NCBI GenBank assembly: GCA_951406725.2
Contig: OX597819.1
Coordinates: forward strand, 97,898,001 to 97,962,000
From: Octopus vulgaris
Lineage: Eukaryota
Reading direction: 5' to 3'
DNA length: 64,000 bases
Made by a program: the position numbers and the translations under genes. This document shows, in pieces, positions 13,345 through 30,150 of the stretch. Positions within the stretch are counted from its first letter, which is position 1, and the number at the start of each line of letters is the position of its first letter. The notes below the pieces were generated by a model. It had not been told where the DNA came from, did no database searches, and saw only the letters and a program-made list of their open reading frames with translations.

Positions 13345-14200
13345 TATTATTTTTTTGATAGCCAGTGTTTTCTTTAATGCATTAGGAAATTCCACTGCTG
13401 CTTGCTCGTCAGCTGATGCACTTTCACCTTGCTTCTTAATGGAGTGATCACTTCGCTCCTTAAATCTCATGAAGCATCTTTGACTTGCCTTGAACTCCAG
13501 ATCTTTCTCGTATGGATATTTTTTCTTCAAGTCCTCAAACAAAGACAACGCTTTCTTTTGAATGATTTCTTGACTAATAGTAGAACGCTGGCGATTCAAC
13601 CTAACAATCCAAGGAGAAAGAACACTTTACATTTCTTCAAAGATTTTTCTTTTCTTCTTATTGATGACAATGTTCTTTATCTTTGGGGCTTCGGATTTGA
13701 TATGTGCTAAAATCTTGTTCTTATTATTTAAAGACCCCCTTCGGTCATGAATGACCATGGGATTGCACCTAGAAAGTTACCCTCCTAGACACAAGTCCGG
13801 GCAAGGTTGTTTATGGAAGACCAGCAGTCGCCCATGCATACCAGCCTCCCTCTCCACACCACCAGTTTTACCCAAGGGAAAGACAAAGGTCGATACAGCT
13901 TGGCACCAGTGACGTCGCAACTCATTTCTACAGCTGAGTGAACTGGAGCAACGTGAAATAAAGTGCCTTGCTCAAGAACACAACACGCAGCCCGGTCCGG
14001 GATTCGAGCTCACAACCTCACGATCGTAAGCTCGACGCTACAATCGTCAATACAGTTGTCCGACTCATCTCAAATGATCGTGCAATTGCTACCACTTTTT
14101 CACCTTTTTCATGGCGTTTTATCATAGCCAGATTATCTTCCTGCGTTATAGCATGACGCTTAGCAGATTCACTATGAATTTTCTTAGGAGCCGCGGGGGC
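13345..14200 (-). mobile_element. Tigger/pogo-type (CENP-B-like HTH) transposase N-terminal fragment, interrupted by a SINE
   Basis: KRHAITQEDNLAMIKRHEKGEKVVAIARSFEMSRTTVLTIV, then after the SINE IIQKKALSLFEDLK...FKASQRCFMRFKER...GESASADEQAAVEF. Confidence 0.85.
13731..14039 (-). mobile_element. tRNA-derived SINE, family C, inserted in the Tigger ORF
   Basis: Body tgtgttgtgttcttgagcaaggcactttatttcacgttgctccagttcactcagctg. Same element at 48045-48372 (+). Confidence 0.85.
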
Positions 14201-14689
14201 AAAAAATAAAGTCACAAATTAATGAGAATAAGAAAGTAACCGATAAACAGACGTAAACAAATCTGAATTCAAAACAATCGCGGGAATCACGCGTGACAAC
14301 GACGCCTAACGGTAGATATTGGAACTACAGTGTAATATGAGGTTCGAAAGACCGATAAATAAGACAACACAGCTGGTTTCACGATTTTGTTCAAAGCTAC
14401 ACTACTTTATGGTGTGTATCTTGACATTTACTGTACGTAATTTAATATGATTTTGTATGCCTTTCTTCTTATTTATTGTAAAGTAATATGATTTCAAGTG
14501 CTGTTAACGGTTTTCTAGTAATTTTACGATTCCAATATTTGTGGCAGACACACGTAAAATCGAGTAAAATGACTTAACTTGATTTTTATTTTTCCATATA
14601 TATTTTTGAAAACCGACGTATAATCGCAAACGATACACACGTACGCGCGCACACACACACACACATACACACATACATACATACATACA

Positions 14690-14726
<37 letters not shown>

Positions 14727-14887
14727 ATTAGATAAAAACACCTTTTATCAATTCAAAATGAAAAATTAAATTACACCATCTAGAAAATTACATATAATAG
14801 AAATATTAAATATAAAATATATATATTATATTTTTAGTATTTCTAAATTGAATTTTTCCCTGTAAGTTAGGAATAATACTCCCTCAA

Positions 14888-14946
<59 letters not shown>

Positions 14947-15010
14947 TATTATTATTATTATGTATGTATGTATGTATGTATGTATGTATGTATGTATGTA
15001 TGTATGTATG

Positions 15011-15041
<31 letters not shown>

Positions 15042-15652
15042 GCTTCTATCCGTATACACGCAAATGCATACATAATGTTATAAATATATTCTAAACTGAA
15101 ATGTTACTATATTCAACGAAATGCATCTGTGTTGCTGATATTGTTAAATAAAAGAAAATGAGCAACTAATTTTGTTTGTATCTATTCATGCGCGCTTGTT
15201 ATTTCAAATATGATCGAATACACATCCACATATGTTGCTACAAAAATTTTGTTTCGTGAACCGATCATTTGAAGCTGTTTCCAAAACCATTTTGTACTAA
15301 AATGCTTCATATACACCTTGAGATAAACATAACCATTATACATTTATAAACAGTGCGCAATAATCTATATGTAATACATATATGGCACCTGAAAACGGTA
15401 GGAGAAGACCCTACTTGGAAAATGGTGCTGATATAAATATTAAACATAATAGATAATATTGATTGACTACATATATGTGAAATCATGTGCGCGCGCGCGC
15501 ACACACACACACACACGCACATGCACGCACGCTTACACGCATATATATATGTGTGTATATATATATGCATGTATACATATATGTGTGTGTGTGTGTGTGC
15601 GTGTGTGTATACATACATACATAATACATAAATGCATACATACATACATACA

Positions 15653-19339
<3,687 letters not shown>

Positions 19340-19390
19340 GCACACACTTTGCTTAGTTTTAATATAATTTTTCATATATCTTGCATTGTT

Positions 19391-19423
19391 TGTCGACCGG
19401 TTTCGCTTTCGCTATTCATAACA
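19391..19423 (-). ncRNA. Minimal hammerhead motif with A3-U8 core variant
   Basis: TGTT-ATGAATA-GC-GAAA-GC-GAA-ACCGGT-C-GACA. Confidence 0.6.
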
Positions 19424-22400
19424 TTGATATTTAAATACGTATTTTCTTAAGAAGAATTTTTTGTCCATGTTGTACATGAAATTTATGAATGAATGATAGA
19501 ACAAGCAAAAGAATTTAAGGGGAGGGGATTGGTTATCGTTATTATTGTACGCAGGAGAGATAATTGTTCAGCTTTCGGTAATGGGGGTGGGGAATATATA
19601 TACACACAGAAATTTAAAAACGAGAGTAGTGAGGAGAAATATATAGTGATGGGTATGTAATCGTGAATTAAAATATGTAAAGAGATAAAAGTTAGTTATG
19701 CGTGCTTATTTAGACGTGTACTGTATTTTTCGATGAAAAAAGTTTCTTTATTTAAACATTCTTGTAAAGAAATTATATCTTTGCACTATTAGAAGGGAGA
19801 AAACTGTGAATTTTGGTTTGATGTTACTTGCACATTTCTCTGTGTTCACTTAAAGGAATTTATCTGTATTGCGGGAACCAGATCTGCTCTTTATGTAGAG
19901 TGGTTCTCCGTCCCAATGTCATACTCACCTCTCCTGTATAGTGATGTCCACAACCCGAGCATATTATTACTTAGATTAGGTTCTCAGGGGCACAAGTGAA
20001 GTTGGTTTTAATTGTGAACCTCTCTCGTTGTTTGAAAAGGAAATCTGAGCCTTCAAGTAGGTTGGGGCATGTTCCAAATTTTGGGCGTCCATATTTTTTA
20101 ACCGTTTGTTTCGTGGTTGTTGTGTAAAACTTCGCATTTGTGAGAAGTCTCTTTAGCGATTTGTGTTGCTTTTTGTATTTGACGCGTTTATGCGCTTTCA
20201 GGATGTTGTCCATTTTGGGATCTCTAAAGGGAAATTTTGCACAATAGTGTTGTATGCCTCATCGTTTCTAGGGTTGAAGATTGATATATACAGTAATGTT
20301 TTGAGATGAAGTTTGGTGTTAGGTTTTGTTGCCCTTATTGTTTTTATGTCTAATTTCTTGGCACGCTTAATTCCATCGTCTATAAGTGAGGGTGGATATA
20401 GTCTTTCAGTTAGTGTTGTTTTGAGGTCTTGAAGACGAAGGTCCGGGGTAGTTCTATCGGACACTATTGTGCAAATCTTTTTTACCAAATTAAAGGGCAT
20501 ATGTATTTTGATGTGTTTCGGGTGGCATGAGCTAAAGAGGTGATATTGTTTCGAGTCCGTTGGTTTATGACCTCAAAACAACACTAACTGAAAGACAATA
20601 TCCACCCTCACTTATAGACGATGGAATTAAGCGTGCCAAGAAATTAGACATAAAAACAATAAGGGCAACAAAACCTAACACCAAACTTCATCTCAAAACA
20701 TTACTGTATATATCAATCTTCAACCCTAGAAACGATGAGGCATACAACACTATTGTGCAAAATTTCCCTTTAGAGATCCCAAAATGGACAACATCCTGAA
20801 AGCGCATAAACGCGTCAAATGCAAAAAGCAACACAAATCGCTAAAGAGACTTCTCACAAATGCGAAGTCAGTTATAATTTGGTTGTTGACTTTGAGGCAT
20901 TATTGGTTTCCTTCGATGTTATCAATCTTTACACCAACATCCCACATGACTATGGAATAAAAGCAATCAAATTCTGGTTGGAAAAGTACCCCGAAGTACT
21001 CCCGGATCGCATAAATCGGATCTTTAAAATTTATACTTCAGAACAATTATTTCCTATTTGTTGATACCTGTTACCGTCAAGAATCTGATAATGGGTTATT
21101 TTCAATTCACTATATATGCAGTGTCACTTCAAAAATATGGTTATCCTTTTCACCATTACATAAGAGAAAGCAAGAAAAGATACCTGGATGACTGTTTTAT
21201 CATTTGGAAGGAGACCATTGATAAACTTTCGGACTTTAAATCAACTCTAAATGATATAAATAGTAACATTCAATTCACAATGGAATATAACAAAGAACAG
21301 CTTCCATTTTTGAATATTGTTGACGATGGAATTAAGCGTGCCAAGAAATTAGACATAAAAACATATATTAATTCACGATTACATACCCATCACTACATAT
21401 TTTTCCTCACTATTCTAGTTTTTGAATTTCTGTGCATTTTTTTGTCGTCTTCAAAATGTTTCACGTTCTTGTCCCAGTTTGTGTTTTTTTTAACGTTTAC
21501 ATATATACACGGCGGCTACGTATCCTACCTTTTGACCCTATACTGTAAGTATATTACTCTCTAACATTGGTACGACTCGACTACACTGTCTCTCTTTTCC
21601 CCCCTCTCCTACTTTTCTCTGCCTTCACCCTTTGCACTCCCCTTGTTCTATCTCTTTCCCTCTTTTTCTTCTCCTCCCTTGTTCCCCTTTCTTTCTCTCT
21701 TCCTCCGTCCCTCCTCTCCCACATTTCTCTGCCTCTCAGACCTTATACCCCACTTGACCTGTCCCTTTCCCTCTCTTGCTTCTCTCTTCATCTGTCCCTT
21801 TCTCCCTTTTGTGCTCACGTGACCAGCTAGCTACTACTGCCTTTTCGCATCAAGTAGTTGGTGTGACCACCCGTATTTGTTTGTGCTCCGTTTGCCTTCA
21901 GGCACTTGTTCCACAGCCAGCCTATACTCAACTCGTCCTGTCGAAAGACGCTTGTCGTGACGTCCTGGTTTTGTTATTATTGTTTTTACGTTATTTTGTA
22001 TTCTTATCCGTTTTACGTATTTTTGAATTTTTTTCGAGTAACATCGTCCGTTTTTCCGTCACTGTGTTGTATACTTTCGAGGTTTTCTTCCAAGGAATCT
22101 AATGCGACTGGCTTAGATTTCCCTTGGCGGGCTGCCCAGATTGGAGCAATCTCAAGATTAATCAGCCGAAATTGCGAAGATGATCTGGTTCTTGACTGAT
22201 GACTGAGAGCTTCGAAAGTCCCGTCTGTGTTGTTTTTTTGTCGTCTTCAAAATGTTTCACGTTCTTGTCCCAGTTTGTGTTTTTTTTAACGTTTACATAT
22301 ATATATATATATATTCCCCACTCCCATTACCGAAGGATGAACAATTATCTCCTCTGCGCACAATAATAACGATAACCAATCACCTCCCCTTAAATTCTTC

Positions 22401-22488
22401 TACTTGTTGAATCATTCATTCGTAAACTTCACGCACAACGTGGTGAAAAACATCTCTTTAAGAAAATACACATTTAAATAAATTTTAA

Positions 22489-22521
22489 TGTCATGAATAG
22501 CGAAAGCGAAACCGGTCGACA
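22489..22521 (+). ncRNA. Minimal hammerhead motif with A3-U8 core variant
   Basis: TGTC-ATGAATA-GC-GAAA-GC-GAA-ACCGGT-C-GACA. Stem I TGTC/GACA, GNRA-capped stem II, palindromic stem III, GUC triplet. Confidence 0.65.
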
Positions 22522-22651
22522 AACACAATACAAGATATATTAAAAATTATATTAAAACTAAGTAAAGTGTATGCATTTTCCTTCTTTAATTTCTGATATA
22601 TATTATAACTCACCACGGAGAGATAATCGAAATTCCTCCTTTTCTGTTACT

Positions 22652-22799
<148 letters not shown>

Positions 22800-23164
22800 A
22801 TAAGGTAGTCAGAATGTTGGATGATTTCCGTTGTCGGATTTATCAAAAAACGGTTCAAATTTAGATTTCTTGAGCTTTTCATAAAGAATTTTCTGGGGTT
22901 TGCCAAGCAAGGGGCAAGAAAGAAGAAAAGAATGTTTTGAGAAGGAGGGGGAGATAAAGAGGCGTGGCCTTTGTATGATCAGACTTGTTTGTTTTGTACT
23001 TAGTGGCCTTTTAAGGTGGGGGAAGAAAAAGAAGAGAAAGGAATAATTCTTTTGTATTTGAATTGATCAAGATTTTAATTGAAAAACCAGATGTTGTTTT
23101 TTATTATTTTCAGTTAAAATTATAATTGCATTTTCAGTGCTTGCTCTTTTGTGTTTCTGACTAC

Positions 23165-25330
23165 GTTAAAGTCCGAGACGTTCCCAGGGAAACCTCCAGA
23201 CGCTTGAAGTAATTGGACCGCCCTGCACCTGTCGGAGCATAGGTAGCCACCAGTCTGAAAGCAACGCCTTCACATCTAGGACCACCGACTTACCTTCTGG
23301 ATCCAGGAAGACTGCCTTTATTTTCAAATCCAGACCTTTCCAGAAAAGCACCACCGTACCACCGCCGCCCCCACCCGGCCGACACGGAAATGAAAAATCT
23401 CGTATCCACCCAAAAAGGGTGATGAGGTCCCGTGGGTCGGATAGTCGGATAGTCGGATAGTCTGGATTCACTAATGGCTGCTACGTCTACACTAAGGGAC
23501 CTCAGACCATTTAAAGGGTGACCTTGTTTCCAAGGCGACCCTGATATTATGCAACCTATTCTGAACATCACCAAGCTAAAAATAAATATTTAGGACGTAG
23601 AAGAGATCTACTTACCATTGTTGTCTGGCAGGATGGCCCCCTTTGTCTTTGGCGTGGGGGTTTCTACGAGGTTTTTAAAAAGCCTTTTTGAGAAGGTCAT
23701 TTGGAAAGTTTCTTTTCAATGTGGTATATATTGTTTGGGTGAGTTTTGCAATTTGTATGTGTGACGGTGGTGCATTGTGAGTTAAGAAGACAAAGTCTCC
23801 TAGTGTGGTAGTTGTATTGTCACGTAGATATGTTATTAGGTGTATGCCGTCTGTGTTGATGGCTGTAAGGTTGATGGTGTTTTGGAGTCTGTTTGTGTTG
23901 TACATTGTGTTTGTGTTTGAGGTGGTAGTGCTGGTAGAGGTGGTGTTGTTGTGTGTGCGTTCCGCTTCTTTGCATCTCTTATTTTTTTCTTCTATTGTTT
24001 CTTTGGACTTTTTCTTTCATTTTTTTTGCGCCACTCTCCCTTCTCGACCTCAGTATTCGAACAGTCTGAGTTGTATGGGTCGGGAAGGGGAATTTTCTCA
24101 GGGTCTTGGTTTTGTTGGGGTTCATTTGTTGCTGTTGCTACTGCTGCAGTAGCTGTTGGTGTTGGTGTTACTGCTACTGGTAGTGGTGGCACTCCGGCTG
24201 TTGGTGGTGGTATTCTGGCTGGTGTCTTTGTTGTTGGTGGTGTCTTGGCGACGGTGGAGGCGGCGTCGCTGTTTCTGTTGCTGCTGCTGATGATGATGGT
24301 GTTGGTGTTTGAGTGACCACTGGTATCTGCTGCTGTTGTTGTTGTTGCAGCTGTTGTTGCTGCTGCTGCACTGGGGGGTCCATCGATTGTGGTGTCGCCA
24401 GAAGGGCCGGTCGCCTTTCCTTCTTAGGGCAGAGGACCCTGAAGTAGCCTTGGTCACCACAAAAGTAGCGTCTTGGCCTTCTGTCCTCCACAGCAACGTG
24501 CAGTTCGTGGATCGGGGATGGAATTTATGCTCTCTTGTTCAATTTGAACAAGGAACTCCATACCCTGACCCGACCAATTTTGTTGGTGCACCCCCAGTAT
24601 TGTGACGGTGTCCTCTATATCAAAGAGGACAGCCACCACCAGCCAAGATATATTTATTTCAGGGGGCACCTCCCCAATTAAAATTTTTTTGACGTCGGTA
24701 CGAGCAGTAATCCCTCCATTTTTAGGGGCACAGTGGAATGCTGCCTTACGTCCTGCTCCGTTGAAAAACGCACTTCCGCAATACCGAAACGCTTTCTAAT
24801 TGTCGCATACGTTTTGTTGGTCCAAACTGCTTTCAGGGCCATTTCCAACTGTTATTGGGTGGCTCGTTCTACCCTTTCCTTCATTATATTTAAAATTCTG
24901 TATTTATATTTAAAATTCCTTAACAACGTCTTTTTTATTTCAACGAAATTTTTTATTTCATTAATTGTTAAATTTATTATTTCTTTAGTTTGCTGCGCGG
25001 TCGAGGCGAAACCATTGCTTCTAGATTTGTTGCTGGTCGTGTTTGTGGTGGTGGTGATTGTGGCAGTGGTGTCAGTGTCATTCTTTCTTTCTTCTTTCCT
25101 CTCTCCCTCTTTCTCCTTCAGGAACAATAGTGGTGAGGTTGGGGAAGTCCTCGTTGAACTCGCTGTTCAACCTCTCGATCTCACTCCCTTGTCCAGTCGC
25201 TATTGTTACTTTTATTTTTATTTTCCGAAAATTTTCAGGGAAAGTTTTCGGAAAAATGGGTATTTAGCCCCCAGAAGAGAGCCATTTTCCACAAAAACTA
25301 GCTCCTTAGGCGACCAGCTAGCTTGCAACA
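23165..25330 (-). mobile_element. 5' part of a Tx1/L1-group LINE (ORF1 and start of APE), degraded
   Basis: ORF1-like VEDRRPRRYFCGDQGYFRVLCP (degenerate zinc knuckle) followed by a Q/T-rich linker. APE start LRSLSVDVAAISESRL...GGGGGTVVLFWKGL...DPEGKSVVLDV...LVATYAP. Confidence 0.65.
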
Positions 25331-25550
25331 ATTAAACAATAAAAACAGAAGTTCAACAACTTGTGACAACAAAATTTCAAACAATTTCAGGAGCACTAAA
25401 ATGTGTGACAACAACAACAACAGCAACATTCGAATCAGATCGACAGCTGTATTAATCGATAACGCTGTTCAAATATAATTTAATACTATTAGTTAAGCTG
25501 ACAACACGCCTGATCAATATTCATATCATTAATATAAAATCTAACGTAAA

Positions 25551-26145
25551 AGCGGCGAACTGGCAGATTCGTTAGCACGCCGGGCGAACTGCTTTGCGGT
25601 ATTTCGTCTGCCGCTACGTTCTGAGTTCAAAATCCGCCGAGGTCGACTTTGCCTTTCATCCTTTCGGGGTCGATTAAATAAGTACCAGTTATGCAATGGG
25701 CTCGATATAATCGACTTAATCCGTTTGTCTGTCTGTGTTTAGCCCCTTGTGGGTAGTAAAGAAATAGGTATTTTGTCTGCCGCTACGTTCTGAGTTCAAA
25801 TTCCACTGAGGTCGACTTTGTCTTTCATCCTTTCGGGGTCGATTAAATAAGTACCAGTTACGCCCTGGGTCGATGTAATCGACTTAATCCGTTTGTCTGT
25901 CCTTGTTTGTCTCCTCTATGTTTAGCCCCTTGTGGGCAATAAAGAAATAAGAAACGTTAGCACGCCGAAAAAGCTTAGCGGTATTTCGTCTGTCTTTGTG
26001 TTCTGAGTTCAAATTCCGCCGAAGTCGGCTATGCCATTCATCCTTTCGGTGGTCGATAAAATAAGTACCAGTTGCGTGCTAGGGTCGGTCTAATCGATTG
26101 CCCCCCCCACCCCAAATTTCGGGCCTTGTGCCTAGAGTAGGGAAA
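25551..26145 (+). mobile_element. Three SINE family B units in head-to-tail tandem
   Basis: Module ggtatttcgtctgccgctacgttctgagttcaaa...cctttcatcctttcggggtcgat...aagtaccagtt occurs three times. Confidence 0.85.
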
Positions 26146-26439
26146 AATACGACATCCAATATGGTAGACTGATATGGTATGTTTTTCTGCCTAACAATTC
26201 ATTAAACTTAATTCATAAAATATCAGCCATATTGTTAACCTATGGATGGATACTTCTCTTGATGTAAAGTGAGACATTGAATCTATTTATCACAGTAGTT
26301 CGGTTAATGCACAACATTAATGTATATAAACACCTACACATACATACACACGAACATATACACTATATAATTATTTAACGTTAGTGTACACTAGCATACA
26401 TAAGCATTAGAACATATATATTATATATATAAATATGAA

Positions 26440-27942
26440 GACCTTCTATCCCAGTCTGTTGTCCCAGTTTTCAAAAAAGGAAACAAATCGCTTGCCGTGA
26501 ATTACCGTCCAATCTCACTCACCTCTCATATCATTAAGGTATTTGAGAGAGTGCTGAGATCGTGTATGACTCACTTCCTTGAGAGTCATAATATGCTGAA
26601 CTCCAACCAGCATGGATTCCGTAATGGGAGAGATTGCCTGACGCAGCTACTGCATCATTTTTATGACATTTTGAGAGCCTTGGGAGAGGGTTCCAACACT
26701 GATGTCATCTACCTTGATTTCAGCAAGGCCTTTGACAGGGTTGATCATAAGATCCTTCAGAGAAAGCTGTCCAATATTGGTGTCACTGGAAAGCTGCTGC
26801 AGTGGATCAAGTGCTTCCTGTCTAACAGAACCCAACATGTTGTAGTCGAAGGAGTCAAATCCAGCCCAGCCAAAGTCAGCAGTGGTGTCCCACAAGGCAC
26901 TGTGTTGGGCCCACTTCTCTTCATCATCTACATAAATGATATTACTGACACCATCAAACAGTAACATCAGAACCTTCGCTGATGATTCCAAGCTCCAGAA
27001 GGTCATCAATGGCGTGGATGACCGAATAAGCCTTCAGTCAGACCTACTGGCTGTTGTCCAATGGGCGGAAAAGAATAACATGTTGCTAAATGAAGACAAA
27101 TTCGAACTGATCCACTTTGGAAGGGAGGACGCTCTGAAACTCCCATACTCTCTTCCTTCTGGAGAAATTCTCATGGCATCCAACAACATCAGAGACTTGG
27201 GAGTAACAGTGGACAACAACATAAGCTGGGCTACACATATAAGCAGCAAAGTTAACATGGCCCGCAGAATGTGTTCCTGGATTCTCAGAACCTTCCAGTC
27301 GAGAGATTCCCACACTATTATCCTTCTCTTCTACACTTTTGTCCGACCCCACCTTGAATACTGCTGTCCACTGTGGTCTCCCTACACAAAACAAAATATT
27401 ATGAGAATTGAAGCTCCCAAAAAGTCAATCACAAAAAAGATAGATGGCATGTCAGACCTTGACTACTGGGGTAGACTAGAAAAGCTGAAACTGTATTCAC
27501 TCCAACGACGCCGTGAACGCTACATTATCTGTATGATGTGGAAAATATTCCATCAGCACTGTCCGAATGATGTTGGCATCACCTTCAAAATACATCCAAG
27601 GCTTGGACCACGTGCTATCCGTCCACAACGAAAATTCAAATCGCATCACATAACGACAATACGGCACAACTATTTCACCTCAATTGGACCCGCTCTCTTC
27701 AACATTACACCAGGACACGTCAAAAAAGAAACTGACCACACAAAATTCAAGAAGTCTTTGGACAAATTCCTTCAAACAGTCTCGGACAAACCACCCACAC
27801 CCGGATATGTCTCCGCAAACAATAACTCTCTGCTCGAATGTGCCTTGGTGCCCAAATCCTGAATTGAAAGACTTCGCCAGGTGGTGCTATTAAGTTAGAC
27901 ATGGCCTGGGCCAATACTGGCCAAAACCTTTCTAAGTTATTC

Positions 27943-27945
<3 letters not shown>
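26440..27945 (+). mobile_element. 5'-truncated CR1/L2-group LINE (second family), RT domain and 3' UTR
   Basis: NYRPISLT, QHGFRNGRDC, YLDFSKAFDRVDH, SGVPQGTVLGPLLF, FADDSK, RPHLEYC, SLQRRRERY. One frameshift near 26960; flanked by (TA)n. Confidence 0.92.
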
Positions 27946-28018
<73 letters not shown>

Positions 28019-28021
<3 letters not shown>

Positions 28022-28337
28022 TTCCGGGTTCAGTTCTACTGTGTAACAATTAGGGCAAGTGTCTTCTGTTGTAGCCTCGGGCCGACCAAAGCCTTGTGAG
28101 TGGATTTAGTAGACGGAAACTGAAAGAAGCCCGTAGTATATATTTATATGTGTGTTTGTGTTTCTGTATTTATCCTCTCACAATCGCTTGACAATCGGTG
28201 TTCGGCAAACTTGGCGGTTCGGCAAAATAAGCCGATAGAATAAGTACTACGCTTAAAAAGAATAAGTCCTGGGGTCGATTTGTTCGACTAAAGGCGTTGC
28301 TTCAGCATGGCCGTAGTTTGAAACAAGTAAAAGAGTA
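28019..28337 (+). mobile_element. SINE family A, 5'-truncated
   Basis: Matches the family A body and tail. Confidence 0.8.
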
Positions 28338-28650
28338 TACACAAATAGACAATATATACTGTATATAAATATTTAACATTAATGTGTACATGCACACACA
28401 TACATAGAAACATTTTCATCAAATGTACACCATTATATACTTACTGTCACAGACACGACGATGTATTTAAAAAGCTCGCTTTGTAACTACGTGCTTCCTG
28501 GTTCGATCGCACTGTGCGGCATCTTGTGAATGTATTTTCTGACTCGGATCGATCAAACACATCGTGTGGAAAAATTTAATAAGGGAACTGTCTGGAAACA
28601 GTTAACTGAATAGAGAGGAGAGAGGGAGAGAGAGAGAGGGAGAGGGAGAA

Positions 28651-28706
<56 letters not shown>

Positions 28707-28910
28707 TATTGGGCTGTCAGATAAATTTATTCGTTGTGGTGAATGCGTGGATCGTTGAATTCTTCGAATCAAGAACCGGTATTTTTAACGCCAAGGCATT
28801 GACAAGCTATCAGAACGTTAACAAGAAGTCATCAACAATGAAAAATATGTTATTTACTGATTTGTTAAAATTGTTGAAAACTAAGGATTACAATAAGTGT
28901 ATATATATAT

Positions 28911-29747
28911 GCGCCGGTTCGCGCACGCATGCGCCCGCATGCACCTCGCCCTTGGACCCGACGAGACCTCCCGCCCGTTCCTGGGATGTCGCTTGTCGTT
29001 GGGTTTTCCCACGCCCGTCTCCGCGGGACCACTCTTCCATCTTCCCCTCCGCTGGAGTCCTTTTCCTAACCCCCCCCCCTTTTTTTTTTCGTTACACACA
29101 CGCGCACACATATACACACATTGCTTAAACATATACATCACTCTTACACACATTCAATCTACTCGCCACTAATACTACCACGACACTGGACACACACACA
29201 CACTACTACTCAACACACGCTGGCACGCTACATACGCCCCCACCCCTTCCCCTCCCTCCCTTCCTCCTTCCTCCCTTTTCTCACTACTGACCTTTGTCTG
29301 CTATGCTGCTGCTATGCTGACCACCGTCTCGCCCTACCTCACACGCCTACACACAGACGCACACACTAACACATACATATATTTTTTGTTTTTTTACCTC
29401 GCCTCACACACACACATACACACACGCACACGCACACACTCACACATACACACACATCTGTTGCGTTACCAACCTTGTCTCCACTCTTTTGCCTTTAAAA
29501 ACCCACTTTGCTCTTGTTATCGTAAACATCCGCCTTTCACCATGTGCTACTGCTAACACCAGCCGTTTTTTCTCTATCTCCGTTGCCCGCTCCGGGATCT
29601 TTCTTTCCTCTCTCTTCCTTCTTTATGTTTCCGACGAAGAGCTCCGCTCGAAACGTCATACCTCCCTGCTTCCATTTCCTGAGCGCCTATTAATAATAAT
29701 ACTGTAATTGTTCCCTTGTTGTTGTTTTTTTGTTTCCCGTTTGGATT

Positions 29748-29755
<8 letters not shown>
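28911..29755 (+). mobile_element. Non-coding PLE-like element ending in an HHR-bearing module at (TA)n
   Basis: 3' module gtttccgacgaagagctccgctcgaaacgtc...ttcctgagcg..taata recurs at 52365-52570 and in degenerate form at 38530-38710 and 50165-50360. Confidence 0.55.
29627..29661 (+). ncRNA. Hammerhead-like motif, U4C core variant
   Basis: GTTT-CCGACGA-A-GAGC-TCC-GCTC-GAA-ACGT-C-ATAC. Second copy at 52435-52469. Confidence 0.5.
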
Positions 29756-29801
<46 letters not shown>

Positions 29802-29897
29802 CGGGAAGCTTTATGAAAATAAACAAAAGCCGAAGGCAGGTGGAATACAAACAAACAATTGTATTAGTATGGCGCTCAGGAATATAAATAAAACAAG

Positions 29898-29935
29898 TCT
29901 TTTACGTTTCGAGCCTACGCTCTTCGACAGAAAGA
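29898..29935 (-). ncRNA. Hammerhead-like motif, A6U core variant
   Basis: TCTTT-CTGTCGA-A-GAGC-GTAG-GCTC-GAA-ACGT-A-AAAGA. Identical copy at 32872-32909 (+), degenerate copy at 41554-41589 (-). Confidence 0.55.
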
Positions 29936-29999
29936 TACACAGAAAAGAAACACAGAAAGAAACAAGGAGAGAAAAAAATGCGTGCAGAGGCTAGCGAAT

Positions 30000-30071
<72 letters not shown>

Positions 30072-30150
30072 AATAAAATGTTTTGAATGATGCAACAATG
30101 CACTATAATACAAACAATGGACTGTAATAACTGTTGTAATTTAATCATCC

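Larger units (their letters stand above)
19338..22577. mobile_element. Rearranged Penelope-like element cluster (RT + GIY-YIG) bounded by about 260-bp inverted pLTR-like repeats
   Basis: Minus 19715-20560 encodes PLE C-terminal and GIY-YIG-like sequence (GRPKFGTCPNL, FTCAPENLI). Plus 20870-21320 encodes RT motifs SFDVINLYTNIP, RYLDDCFIIW, IQFTME..KEQLPFL. 19338-19600 is an inverted copy of 22310-22577. Confidence 0.85.

Noticed and set aside
22190-22226. CTGATGA...GAAAGTC hammerhead-like string
   Set aside because: Stems I and III cannot be formed convincingly.
24733-25335. 200-aa plus-strand ORF and neighbouring hydrophobic ORFs
   Set aside because: Antisense shadows of the low-complexity LINE ORF1 on the minus strand.
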